Part shown: positions 14,501-26,960 of the stretch, one piece after another
How the letters are laid out: each line of letters begins with the position of its first letter
Position numbering within the stretch: the first letter of the stretch is position 1
Assembly (NCBI RefSeq): GCF_030684315.1
Contig: NC_081364.1
Span: forward strand, 27,772,989-27,836,988
Reading direction: 5' to 3'
From: Stegostoma tigrinum
Taxonomy: Eukaryota
DNA length: 64,000 nucleotides
The notes under the pieces: generated by a model
What the model was told of the DNA's origin: nothing
Databases searched by the model: none
The model's input: only the letters and a program-made list of their open reading frames with translations
Made by a program: the position numbers and the translations under genes

Positions 14501-14645
14501 CTCGGAGGATGGTCTGTAGATACATTTGAAATGGACACTGTCTCTAACTCGGAATGATCTAAAATGTGTTAACATTATGTCACACATGTAACGGCATTAG
14601 TGTCAGGCCAATACATTTAACTGAAAATATTTCTCATTTCTAACT
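11515..14645 (-). other. PHF2: Probable PHF2 3'UTR (~1.85 kb or ~3.1 kb)
   Basis: AU-rich stretch with no repeats I recognise. Minus-strand AATAAA at 12814-12819, 11582-11587 and 11537-11542, the last followed by a U-rich tract. Pumilio-type TGTAAATA at 14097-14104 and 13832-13839. Confidence 0.6.
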
Positions 14646-14734
14646 TTACAGTAGAAGTTTTCCATTCCTATGTATTTTTAGTATTTTTCCAAGTCTTTGC
14701 TTAGCAGTTGCCATACCCTTCTTTAATCGTTTTC
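14646..14734 (-). CDS. PHF2: PHF2 terminal coding exon: (G)[28 protein letters not shown]
   Basis: 89 nt after ttttcag, with TAA at 14646-14648. The C-terminus is essentially identical to PHF2 (GMATAK and LGKILK, where PHF8 has GLATAK and LGRILK). Confidence 0.97.
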
Positions 14735-14869
14735 CTGAAAAATAAAACAAGAAATTACTGTGTTTGACATACAAATGCCCTTAATGCAAATGAAGATTTG
14801 TTCTACATCTACAGCCATCTACCTGATTTTAAAATTATGAACAAACTTAAGTAAGCACATATTCGGTAA

Positions 14870-15064
14870 AGATGTAGGGCTGGATGAACGCAGCAGACCA
14901 AGCAGCAGCAGAGGAGCAGGAAGGCCGACTTTTCGGGCCTAGACCCTTCTTCAGAAAAGGGTCTCAGTCCAAAACGTTGGCCTTCCTGCTCGGCCTGCTG
15001 TGTTCATCCAGCTCTACGCCTTGTTGTCTCAGATTCTCCAGCATCTGCAGTTCCTACTATCTCC
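14870..15064. mobile_element. Penelope-derived fold-back insertion
   Basis: Inverted arms gctggatgaac.cagcag / ctgctgtgttcatccagc. Flanks atattcggtaaa / atattctgtaaa. Confidence 0.78.
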
Positions 15065-15235
15065 AATATATATTCTGTAAATTCTGTTAATAAGCACTTA
15101 GATGATCAAGTAGCATCAGTGGATACAGGAAGGGAAGAACTAGTATTTCAAGAAGTACTATTCAAACTTTCTTCCCTCCACAGATGCTAGCTAGCCTTCT
15201 GAGTGTTTCTATTATTTTATCTCATCAAATGCCTT

Positions 15236-16186
15236 ACCACATGGACTTGAGAAAGGCATTTGATAAGGGACTTCATGGCAGGCTAGTACAGAAGGTAGGT
15301 TCTCATGGGATACAGGTGAGCTGGCTAGATGAATATAAAACTGGCTTGGTCATAAGAAGACAGGGAGAGGAAGGGATAATAAAGTGTGAAGCTGGATGAA
15401 GGCCAAGCAGCATCTCAGGAGCACAAAAGCTGACATTTCTGGCCTAGACTTGGAGATCAGTAACTAGTGGTGTTCCGCAGGGATAAGTGCTGGGACTTCT
15501 GTGATTTATAACATATATAATTATTTGAAAGAACATGTAGGTGTTCTGATTAGTTAGTTTGTGGATAACACCAAGATTCACAGAGTTGTGAACAGCAGAG
15601 AGGATTGTCAAAACATTCAGTATCATTTAGACAGATTGTACATCTGGGAAAACAAATGGCAGATAGAGTTTAATCCAGACAAATGTGAGGTGATACATTT
15701 TGGAAGATCAAATTCAGGAGTGAATTATACAATAAAGGACAGAACCTTTAGGAACATTAACATACAAAGGAATTTGGCTGTACACATCCATATATCCCTG
15801 AAAGTGGCAACAAACGTGGATAAGGTGGCCAAGAAGGCACGCAGCAAACTTGCCTTCATCGACCAAGATATGGAATATAAAGGTTGGCAAGCTTTTATGT
15901 ACAGATGTACAAAACTTTAGTTTGGTGACATTTGGAATACTGCATGCAGTTTTGGTCGCCACAGTAGGCCGTGGATGCTTTGGAAGGGGCACAGAGAAGG
16001 TTTACCAGGATGTTGCCTGGTCTGGAGGGTTTTAGTTATGAGGAGAGGTTGGATAAACTGAGACTGTTTGCAGTGGAAAGTCAGAGGCTGAGGCAGCGGC
16101 CTGATATAAGGTCTACAAAATTATGAGATAAATAGAGAGGGTGAATAGCCAGAAGCCTTTACCCAAGGTGGAAACGTCAACTACAA
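15236..16186 (+). mobile_element. Degenerate CR1 LINE (RT C-terminal half) with a nested Penelope tail at ~15360-15450
   Basis: MDLRKAFDK, SGVPQG, DNTK and WQIEFNPDKCEVIHFGRSN motifs. Confidence 0.88.
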
Positions 16187-16399
16187 GAAAAAAATTACAA
16201 TTTTTTCTCATATGCCAGTTCACTTATAGCAATTGCAAAAAGATCAAAAGGTACTAAATTATATTTCTAAAGCTCTAAATTATATTTCTTGCTTGTGCCT
16301 GAATGCACATTTGAGGTATTTTCTCCTTCCACAACAGTGGAAACAGGCTGAATGCTTCTGCAGGCAAACGCTGATAAAACTAGTGCTGTAGACTTTTAA

Positions 16400-16602
16400 G
16401 ATAACAAGGTGTACAGTTGGATGAACACAGCAGGCCAAGCAGCATCAGAGGAGCAGGAAGGCTGGCATTTCAGACGAGGACCGTTCTTCAGACCCAAAGG
16501 GTCTAGGCCCGAAACATCAGCCTTCCTGCTCGGCCTGCTGTGTTCATCCAGCTCTACACCTTGTTATCTCAGATTCTGCAGCATCTGCAGTTCCTACTAT
16601 CT
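16400..16602. mobile_element. Penelope-derived fold-back insertion
   Basis: Arms gataacaaggtgta...ggatgaacacagcagg and its reverse complement. Flanks tgtagacttttaa / tgtagaatttttaa. Confidence 0.8.
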
Positions 16603-19600
16603 GTGTAGAATTTTTAAACTGTCTGTTACATTACCTTAACTACCATTTACAGAGCATATGAATTCATGGCTAGAGTCAGAGTTTTTTGGGTTCAAGATGA
16701 AAAGTTTAGTGGATAATTGCAGGGAAAAATTGTCACACAGAAGGTGTTGGGTGCCTGGAATGCACTGCCAGTGGAGATGGTGGTATCAGGACATAGTAAC
16801 ATTTAAGGCGTATGTTGGTAGACACATAAATGTGAAGCGAACACAGGGATAAGTACCATGCATGGCCAATAGATAGTAAGGATTAGGAATTGGTGCAGGC
16901 TTCGTGGGCCATAGCATCTGTCCTTGTGCAGTATTGTATTATATTGTATTTATTTTTTGTTTTTATGTCATATTTTCAGCATATGCAATTCTTCCTTATC
17001 ATACAACTTCAAGTGATACATTCCACAAACAGTTTTAAGCAGAAATGTGGCTTACACCAGTTCTATAATCATCTCAATTAACAGTGCTCATCCATTCCGA
17101 ATTCTGTACTGCATTAATCACTCCACTCAGACAATCACTTGTCTTTAGCTGCTGAGATCCTAAACTTTGGTAATTCTTCCAACACCTTACTTCTTCTTTA
17201 TCTCCTTTTCCTTTGAATCACTCTTAAACCCCTTTGACTAAGTCATCTTCCCTTAGTAGCTCCTTTGTGATCGAGTCAAAATTTGTTTGACAACAGTCTT
17301 CCTATGTTAAGTGCCCTCCAATGTGAAGAACACTATACAAATACAGATTGTTGCTGATGATGACTAGTAGATACATTTTCAAGTAATTATAAATCTTTTT
17401 CCATTAAATACAAGTTTTCTAATAATATAAATATAATAAACACCATTCACAATAAGACAACAATCTAATTAGAGATTCAGAAGGCAATACACTTAAAAAG
17501 CAGATTTGGCAATTTTTAGTATTTATATGAATTTTGAAACTAGGTTGCAACCTTATAATGTCTCTATTGTGACATAAATGACCATGTGGCTAACCTAGAT
17601 TAATATCAATGCAAGTATTGAAAGATTAATAATTGTGAAGCCATCACAAATTTTTAATATTTCTACTAACTTAATCACCTAAATGCAACAGTTACTAAGA
17701 AATTAATGAGCAAACTGTTCCCTATAGAGTTCATTTGAGCAATATAATGAGGAAAAACTGTTGAACAAGCTAGAATAGTGATTCACTTTGCTATTAATGT
17801 ACTGTTATTCTGACATTTTAGAATGTTGAGAAACTGCACAATAGATACAAATAGAGCAATACTTTAAATTAAGTTTTAAAATAACTTTATATCTCATTAA
17901 AGTCAGATACAGGAAATGCTGGAAAATTAAATCATTTCTCAATCTGCATCCAGTAGTTCATTTCAGTCTTTCTAGATTTGCATCTGAACTAGCGCCCTGT
18001 ACTTCACTTTATTCCCTTGTGCCTAACCTCAGATAGTGGCCATACTAGGAAGGTTAACATTCCTGTTATCTGAATTCCCAATTCCAACTGAAGCTACTGA
18101 CTGTAGCTATGAATTCATATGCGCTGTAAATAGTAGTTAAAGTACTGTAACACACAGTTTAAGATTCTACACAGCTGATTTTGTCAGAGTATTGCCTGCA
18201 ATATCATGCAGGCTGTTTTGAATTGTTATGGAATGAGAAATTGGCTCAAATGGGCATTCAAGCACAAGCAAGAATTATAACTTAGTACTTTTCGTCTATT
18301 TGCAATCCATATAAAAAGAACTGGCACATCAGGAAATAGAGTAAATAAAATAAAAGACCTTCAATATAAGAAACAATAATCCAAGTAAGGTTAGATTGAT
18401 CAGTGTTAACTTACATCATATTTTTACAGCAGGAAACACAATTTAAAGTTTTGACATAAAAGTACAATTACACCCAAGGCTGATAGGTTCGAACGAGACT
18501 TGAAGGACACTACGTAGTTCACTCTAAATTTCACAGCCAATGAATTAAACTGGAAAAAATTTTCAATGTAACATAATCTTAGTAAACCTGTTTTCTATTA
18601 AGTATTCTGATTTATACAACACAGTTTTGTTTGTTGGCTGAAATCATTCTTTTTACCCTAACTGATTATTGCATATATTGTGTGCCAGTTCGAGTGCAGG
18701 TCTGAGCCACTTCTATCACTTGGTGATTGGACCAAATGTTAAAAAAAAGCAAAGAAACTGGAAAGGAGGATTTTGTTTTCAAAATGGACTCAGGTGTACA
18801 AATATACTACAAAAGGAACAGGAGAACACAGAGTCAGAGGAATGAAAGTTTTAGGGCAAAGGATGGAGGTACAGAAGAATATAAATAAAGAGTAAGAGAC
18901 AAAACCATGGCACTTTTAAACATAGAGGATAAGCATTTTAGTTGAGATTTTGTGGGAGCAGAAGCCAAGGCGGATCAGCATGGAGTGAGAATGCAAGACT
19001 TTGGGAATAGGCATAGATATATGAAGATGGAGAGTGGAGACTGAAGTAACAGAGTGTGGCCAAAACAAGGTGTGGATGCAAAGCTTAAGAAATTCAATGC
19101 AAGGTCATTCAAAACCAAGTGTGAAAAAATAATCAAACAGCACCAGACTGAAGGCTGAAATAGAGTCAAACATCAACTGTAAATTTGTCATTTCACTGGA
19201 AGACAGTGACAGACTGCTTCAAAGATATTCAAATTAAGATAAAGCAAATTTACAAAGATCCAGAGGTTTAAAACAGCTATTCTGCACTATGCAAAGCAAA
19301 CTGAGACTTGATTTCTACTCCATCTTGTGTCAAACCTCCTAGAGACGGCCATTGTTTGCTGCGTTTGGAATTAGGTTGCTTTCTGATTGCTGATCTACAC
19401 TGCCAGTTTATTGTTACAAAGTGAAATTATTTATACTAATACTAAACCTACAATGTAAATGTACCCTTCAACAAAGGTATAATTGTTTGGGACAAACATC
19501 ATCACATTCAATGAGAAATATAATTTGTCAGAACAATAATTTTTATTTTAATAAACTTAGGGTCAATTCAAAGTGTGCTCTCCAGAAATGATGGGAGTCC

Positions 19601-21274
19601 TACCACAACAAACTGGAGAATCGAAATGCCTCTGAAACCTGATAAGACATACTTCACAAAAAAAGGGGGAAAAAAAACCATGATATGAAAACTGTTATGC
19701 TCATCACTAAAATCTATTCAGTTAGAAATTGTGTTTTGCTTCTTCAGGATCAGATTTGGGCTGAGAAGATGGAAGGCTCCAGCTGTAAAATCTCCTGACT
19801 CAGCAGACCCGTCTCTATGGAAATGACACTTGCATGCACTGTTTTTTTTGCTCCAGAGGTGACAGCGTGATCGATTTGTGCCTGTTTTCCCCGCAGCAAG
19901 TTCAAAGGCAACTACACAAGAGAGTGAGTGCTGAGGCTAGCTGGTTAGATAGGTGCTTCAGCCTAGTTTACAAATTTGTTAGGCCCTCTAGCCCTTACCT
20001 GTCCATTAACTCAATGCTCATTATGGGCACTAAGGCCAGACCTCAGGAGCACTGCGTATTCTAAGAGAACTCTCATTCAGATATATTTGATCTTGAAAAA
20101 AATCTCTCATTCATGAAACCCACTCAAAGACTTAAATTCTAGGTTGACAATTTGTTACTATAACAAACTTTTTTTCAGTGGTATCAGAAACAGCTAATTG
20201 TGTAACAGCCTTGTAAAACTTTTGATCATAATGTGAACTCAGACCTCCCTTTGCACTCTGCCCCTCCACTGAGAAAAGTGATATTGGAGCTTTTGAAACT
20301 CAGCCAAGCATCCATAATCCTAGCCCTTGAAAAATATCACCAATTAATTCTATTGAAACTGTAGGACAGACAGTAATGTTTAATTCTAAGCTACACCAGA
20401 TGACTTGTCACTGCACCCCAGTACAGTGCGTTTGTTTGCTTACTCTAACTAAAGTCTGCAGTGTGATTGTTAAGTTTAAGGGCTGAGGTTTTAAGTAACT
20501 TCAGGATCATGACAGTCAGACCGGTGTGAACTGCTCTTTTAACAGCATTTACATCTCCTTCGTAAATCTGAGATTCCAACTGATACAGTGAAAATACAAT
20601 CTAATTGAACACCACACTGATTCCAAATGGCCCTACTGAGTTTGGGACCCAGTCTGTGTAAATGATACCCCACCCCTAAACAAGTAAGTAAAAATAACAT
20701 GTGCTAAAAAAAGGGACAAGACTTCTGCATCCAAGTCATTTCTTCTATTTTTAAAGACCAGTGCAGTCAGGTTGACTCCATGGAAGTCTAGCACAAAATG
20801 TTCATGGCCGATGCTGAAAACAGGTAGGCCTATAGATAGATTAAAATCGGGCCTTGGGACTCACTGTACTAAAATTGGAGTTCTATGATTACCACTTACA
20901 TGTACCAAGTCATCTTGTAGATAAAATTAATTTGATTGTTGCAAGTTATAACATTGGTGCTGTCCTCAGAAATGTCTGGGGGAGTCAGGGAGAATGGAAG
21001 ATACAATGCTGTCAGTGGGAGCCCATGTGTGGGTTTGTACTGGGGTCTGATGTATGGATCAGTAGCCAGAAGCATTTCAGAGGGAACTGAGCATGAGCCA
21101 GCAATGGTGCACAGTAGCTCTAAGGAACATGGTTCCGATGAAGTGTTTTCTTAGACTCAAAACATTAACTCTATTTTTCTCCAAAGATGCTGTCAGATAG
21201 ATATCCTCAAGAACTTTCTGTTTTTCTTCAGTTTCTTATCTATCACTTTCTATAGCCTGCTCCAGTAAAGTTGC

Positions 21275-21770
21275 CATTAGCTGCTGAATTACAGAGGTAC
21301 AACCTGTGGTCTTATACGCATCAGGAACACAGCAGGAGACAATAATTGAAACATATAAAATAATCAGAGGGTTAGATAGGGTGGATAGGGAGAGCCTTTT
21401 TCCTAGGATGGTGACAGCGAGCATGAGGGGGCATAGCTTTAAATTGAGGGATGAAAGATATAGGACAGATGTCAGAGGTAGTTTCTTTACTCAGACAGTA
21501 GTAAGGGAATGGAACGCTTTGCCTGCAACAGTAGTAGATTCGCCAACTTTAGGTACATTTAAGTCGTCATTGCATAAGCATATGGACGTACATGGAATAG
21601 TGTAGGTTAGATGGGCTTGAGATCCGTATGACAGGTCGGCACAACATCGAGGGCCGAAGGGCGTGTACTGTGCTGTAATGTTTTATGTTCTATAACTGGG
21701 ACCCACTGCTGAACTGTTCCATAACCAAATGTGCTGGCATCAACAGTACATTCATGATCTACGAAACTAC
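21275..21770 (-). pseudogene. Decayed former 3' half of the PHF2 penultimate exon, interrupted by a CR1 fragment
   Basis: SFVDHECT..F, SQLLSPAVFLMRIRP and NSAAN-G sit in three different frames. They match PHF2/PHF8 SLADHEYT...SQPMAPGVFLTQRRPS...AAKG. The segment ends at G|GCAACT where a GT donor is expected. Confidence 0.75.
21346..21691 (+). mobile_element. 5'-truncated CR1 LINE 3' end inserted in the former PHF2 exon
   Basis: Open ORF2 C-terminus (IETYKIIRGLDRVDRESLFP...FFTQTVVREWNALP...), then 3'UTR and a TATGTTCT tail. ATAA at both junctions (21342-45 and 21692-95). Confidence 0.92.
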
Positions 21771-21885
21771 CTGCATGGCTGTCAGTCTTCATTTCTGTTG
21801 AAGCACTTTCCTCAGGGATTTTGATTGAATCATCCGATGACACCTTCCTCTTGGTATATTTTCTCTTCTGGACTTTCTGTTGCTC
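21771..21885 (-). CDS. PHF2: PHF2 penultimate exon (~exon 21), apparently shortened: EQQKVQKRKYTKRKVSSDDSIKIPEESASTEMKTDSHA(G)
   Basis: Clear tag acceptor at 21886-21887. An internal CAG|GTAGTT donor gives 115 nt ending in phase 1, in frame with the last exon. The 3' boundary is inferred. Confidence 0.7.
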
Positions 21886-22200
21886 CTATGATAAAATGCA
21901 AGAGCATAAATTGTTGTTCTTTACCTATGTAGACACACCCATTTATTCATGTTCAAATCCATAGCAATTAGTCAATAATGTGTTCATGATTTGAGAATTC
22001 CATTTTTAAACTTCTTACAAGTGATAATTATGAAAATAAACACAATCATATTTACCATTAACACTGTACAAACTTTCTCATTTATTTTTAAAACTTCAGC
22101 TGTGTGCTCTGCTTGATTTTTTTTCAGAAGTATATATACCACACAAAAGCATGTCCATGCAGTTATGTATTTTGTTCGTGAAAGCTTTGAAGGAACTCAC

Positions 22201-22310
22201 CTGTTGAGACAACTTTGCAGCAGCTGCAGCTAATCCAGTTTCTATTGAGGCAACCCTTGCCCCTTCTCGTGTTGGCCTGTCATGCCGAGGAACAGATGGT
22301 GTAACTCTGG
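22201..22310 (-). CDS. PHF2: PHF2 coding exon (~exon 20): (A)[36 protein letters not shown]
   Basis: 110 nt, tag acceptor and gtgagt donor. [19 protein letters not shown] is identical to recalled PHF2. Confidence 0.96.
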
Positions 22311-23576
22311 CTAAAGAAATAAAAAAGAAAAACTTTTGAAAATTTAAGAAATATTAAATTGTAATTGCTGCATTCTGTGCATCAGAACATACTGTTAAAT
22401 TATTTATTATTTTAAATCCTTTAACTTGGATAATGACATAATGCCAAATCAAACGTACATTTCATCAAGTATCATTTTTGATTTGTTAGGCAGAAACTTC
22501 AGAAAACAGATAGTAAAGAACGAACATTTTTGCATTCATTTTAAACTGAACTGTTTTCAGTTAATAAGACTGGGATTAAAGATAATATAGAATTTTTGAA
22601 CAATATACATCTATTACATGCGTTCTCTCAGAATGCCAATAAAACATATTTGATTTGGTATGTCAAAATATAATTAAATATGTTCCATAGGTTACATTGG
22701 TCATTTGAAATTTTGAAAATGAGACAGGCAGACAACTCTCTAGAGAAGTTAAAGGGAGGAAGCTATCTATAAAGGTACACTCCTGTAAATCTCCATATCA
22801 ACATCTTGTGTAGTGGTCAATTGTCAGCAATCAATTTGGGCATGGATAATCCCCTAAAGTACATCCACAACACAAAACATGTCGAGTCCTCACAGGAGAA
22901 ATTTTTATTTTTTATTCTTCCATCAGTCCTTATTAAATATTAAGAGAAGGCAAATTAAAGGGAATTAATTTAATGGTAAGATCATGAAAAAGGCGGCTTT
23001 GTTTTCTTCTGAGTTTGTTCAATGACATAATCTGTAAATTATTTTTAAGCTGAGTGCAATTAAATATAATGAAACATATCTTCTTCAAGCCAGATCTGTA
23101 CCAGTCAGATGTAAGGTATGACAACTTTTCATACAGAAATCAAAATTATCATTAATCATTATATCTTTTTATACCATAAATTGTGAAAGACTTTTGTCTG
23201 TACTTTATTTTGCATAGATATTGATGTAGGCTGACATGAGGACTGGTACAATAAGGAATTTGCCATGTGACCTTTCTCACACATTGCTTAAATTACCAAT
23301 GAGATGAAAGTAATAAATAAGAAATAAGTTAGAAATAATCTGGAGGTGTGAAATTCTGAACAATTATATATATAAATGATTATGTACTACATTTTGCCAA
23401 ACTAAATTATTAGCCATACTGTTACAATACACAGATTGAAAGTGTAGTCCAATCTTGCTTGGTTGAATGGAAAAATAGATAATTTTATTTTCAAACTGAA
23501 TGCATAATGCTAAGAGATTAACAATACTGTTTAAGTGCTTCAAAGGCTACATGTTCCATTTCTGTTGCAAAAGTAC

Positions 23577-23672
23577 CTGTAGGATTCCAGGGTGTATCAT
23601 CTGCACTTTTTCTCTTTTTGGATCTGGATTTGAAAACTGGATCATCATCATCAGATTCAAGTGATGGATAAA
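23577..23672 (-). CDS. PHF2: PHF2 coding exon (~exon 19): (V)[31 protein letters not shown]
   Basis: 96 nt, phase 1-1, AG/GT boundaries. YPSLESD and FKSRSKKRK motifs. Confidence 0.95.
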
Positions 23673-24479
23673 CTAAACACATAAAAGTGGTCTTTATATA
23701 TTAACTGTTTTATGTAAACAAAACTGTTAGATGACACTTAAAACTTGTATTAGAAAATAAACCACTGTCGCATTTTCCATACTTCTACTCTATAAGGTAA
23801 CATATCTCTCTCCGGTTACAACCAGCTTATAATTCTGTCTAAAGATATACTAACAAAAAGATCATTGAAAGGACTTGTTAATGTTTGTAGTCAACTTAAA
23901 ATGATAGAAAAGAAACGTACTTTGGATACTGGAATTCTGAAATAAAAACAGAAAATGCTAGAAATACTCAACAAGTCTGGGTGGTATCCATGTAGAGATA
24001 AACAGTTAAATTTTCAGGCCTGGGATTTTTGATCAGAATAATGTTTAATAAGTAGATGGGAAATTTAAAAAGATGTCATCAGACAGATGGTTGTTTAGAT
24101 CTGGAACACCTCAAAACACCTGGGTTGGTGCGTTTCAAGAAACCTTGGCCAAGAAACTTCCCACACTCAATTTCTGCACTCTATGAGTGTGTTTTGAGCA
24201 ACAAATCAACAATTCTAACATGCAATCACAACAGATGTCCCATTGGCTGAGCCACTAGAGCATAAGCAGTGAATTCTGAGTATGCAGAACAGACAGATCA
24301 TGATATAAATTAATGTGTAATACTGATTTTATGCCAGCTGTCACATTGTCAAGCTCAACGCTCCAGTTAATGCCCTCACACAACCTGACATAACTGAACA
24401 TGTGTTCAACAGCAGGGAGGAATCCCATTGCCTATGCCCCCATCCCAATCATAATTTAAAGGTTTCTTCAACTACTTAC

Positions 24480-26960
24480 AATAATAATGGGCAACTTAAA
24501 ATTTACAGTGGACTAACTAAATGAGTACTAATGCTGTGGAGGATGAATTCAGGAGTACATACAAGGTGAGTTTCTGGAGGAGTATGTTGATCACAGACTA
24601 TGTTAGATTTAGTATAGCTGAATGAAAAAGGGTAATTAATAACTTGCTGTAAAGGGGCCTTGGGAAACGGTAACCATAACATTATAACATGTTGTATTAA
24701 GTTTGAATACAATATATTTCATTCTGAAACTTAGGTCTTAAATTAGAAGAAGGAATATCATAAAGATATGATGGGCAAGTTGGCTTTGGTAGATTGAAAA
24801 ACTAAAGTAAAGGATTTGACAGCAGGTACTCAATGGTTAGTAATTAATTAAATGTGACACTGTCTACAACAGATGAACATTTCCGTAAAGCACAAACACC
24901 CAAAGGGAGAAGGTATAGCAACTGTAATTAAGGAATTAAGTAAAAGTCTCTGTTGGAATCAAGGAAATTGGCTTATAAAGATGCCAGAATAACTGTTAAT
25001 CCTGAGGATTTCAAGCACTTTAGAACTCAGAAGAGTTAAGAAACCAATTTAGAAAGGAAAGAATATGAATGCAAACTAGCTGAAATATAAATGCAGACTC
25101 AATGCTTCTTTATGTTCATGAAAAGAAAAAGATTAGATCATTACAGATGCAGATAGGAGAATTTACAGTGGAGAACACATAAAAGGCTGACAAAGTAAAT
25201 AGTTTACATCTGTCTTCAAAGAATACAGAAGGCCTTTCAGAAAAACCTGGTGACCAAGACCTTTCAGAAAAACCTGGTGACCAAGGGACTTGTGAAACTG
25301 AGGATTGGAATAAATCAGTATTAGTAAACAGGCAGTTGAGAGGATAACTAGATTGAAAGTTGACAAATCCTTGGACTAGATAAGCAGAACCACAAAGAGT
25401 TAAAGGAGGTGGCTGGAGAGATAGTTGGGCATTGATGATTATCTTCCAAGGCTTTGGATTCTGCAAAGGTTCTGATGACTGGAAAAAATATAAGAACAAA
25501 AAGAACCATTTGATATGAGCCTGGTTGATCTCATCTCACCTCAACTCCACTTTCCTGCCTGCTCTTCACAACCTTCAACCTGTTATTAATTAAAAATCTG
25601 CCTATCTCCTTCTTAAATTTACTCAATGTTCCAGCATCCACCATACTCTGAGGTACTGCATTTCACAGACAAAGTAGCAAATGTTACCTCGCTATTTAAG
25701 AAAAGAGAAAGAGGACAATGGAGAATTACAGCTGTGTTAGTTTGACATCACTAGTAGGAACAACATTACAATTTATTACAGATGATGGTCATTCAGAAAA
25801 CAATGGCAAAAATTGGACAGAGGTAACATGAATTTATAAAAGGAAAAATCATGTTTGACAAACTTGGATTTTTTTCAAGAATGTCACTTCTAAGAAAAGG
25901 AGAACCAGTGGATGCCACTTATTTAAATTTTCTGAAGGCTATCAATAAGATTCAACACAAGCAGTGAGCATAAAAAATTAAACAGAATTGAGAGAGATAC
26001 ACTAGCATGAAGTAAGAATTAGATAACAGGCAGAAAGTGATTAGAAATAAACAGATCATTTTCAGAATGGCAGGCTGCTGGTAAAGAGGTGCCACAAGGG
26101 TCAGTAAAATGTGCACAATTGCTTCCAATTTATAATGACTTGGATGTTGGGATCAACTGCAATTTTTTCAAATTTGCTGATAACACCAAACTGAATGGAA
26201 ATACAAGTTGTGATGAAGATACAAGAAAGCTCAAGGGAATAGGGACAGGCTATGTGATTTTTTTTATCCGTTCATGGGATATGGGTGTTATTGGCTGGAA
26301 AGCATTTATTGTGCATCCTTAGTTGCCCTTAAGAAGATAATAGTGAGCTGTCTTCTTTGAACCGCTGCGGTCCATTTACTCTACTTAGGTTTATAATGTC
26401 AAAGGAGTTTCAGGACTTTTAAGCAGCAACAGTGAAGGAATGGGACTAGAAGATGGTAGACAGAAAATAATGTGAAATTATTCACTTTGATAGAAAAATA
26501 GAATGTCAGATTTCTTCTTCTTCACAGGGTGAGAAGTTGGGAAGTACAGGTGCTGAAAGGACCATGATGTGCTTGCTGTTGAGTCACTAGAAGTGAGCAT
26601 GAAGAAACTGCAAGTAAAAAGTAATACAAATGGTATGCTGGCCTTCATCATAACAGGATTTGAATACAGAGTAAAGACATCTTGCTGTACTTGTTTAACT
26701 TAGTGAGATATCACCTGGAGTACTGTGTACAGTTTTGGTCCCTTTCTCAAACTAAGGATTTACTTGCCAAAGAAATAGTGCAAAGAAGGTTCATTAGAGT
26801 AATCCCTGAGATGGCAGGATGATCTAATGAGAGCATATTGGGTCTGTCTGGGACTGTTTTCTGTAGCTTTCTGAAGAATGATCTCATTGGGACTTTAAAA
26901 AAATTGTTCAGCAAGTGGATATAGATGTTTTCCCAGGCTGTGAGTCTAAAACCAGGATCA
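24480..26960 (+). mobile_element. Old degenerate CR1 LINE with nested repeat fragments
   Basis: RT remnants VPQGSV and FKFADNTKL (ORF 26089..26322) plus a CR1 C-terminal remnant. Boundaries approximate. Confidence 0.75.
25233..25286. repeat. 27-bp tandem duplication inside a CR1
   Basis: cctttcagaaaaacctggtgaccaag occurs twice in tandem. Confidence 0.9.
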
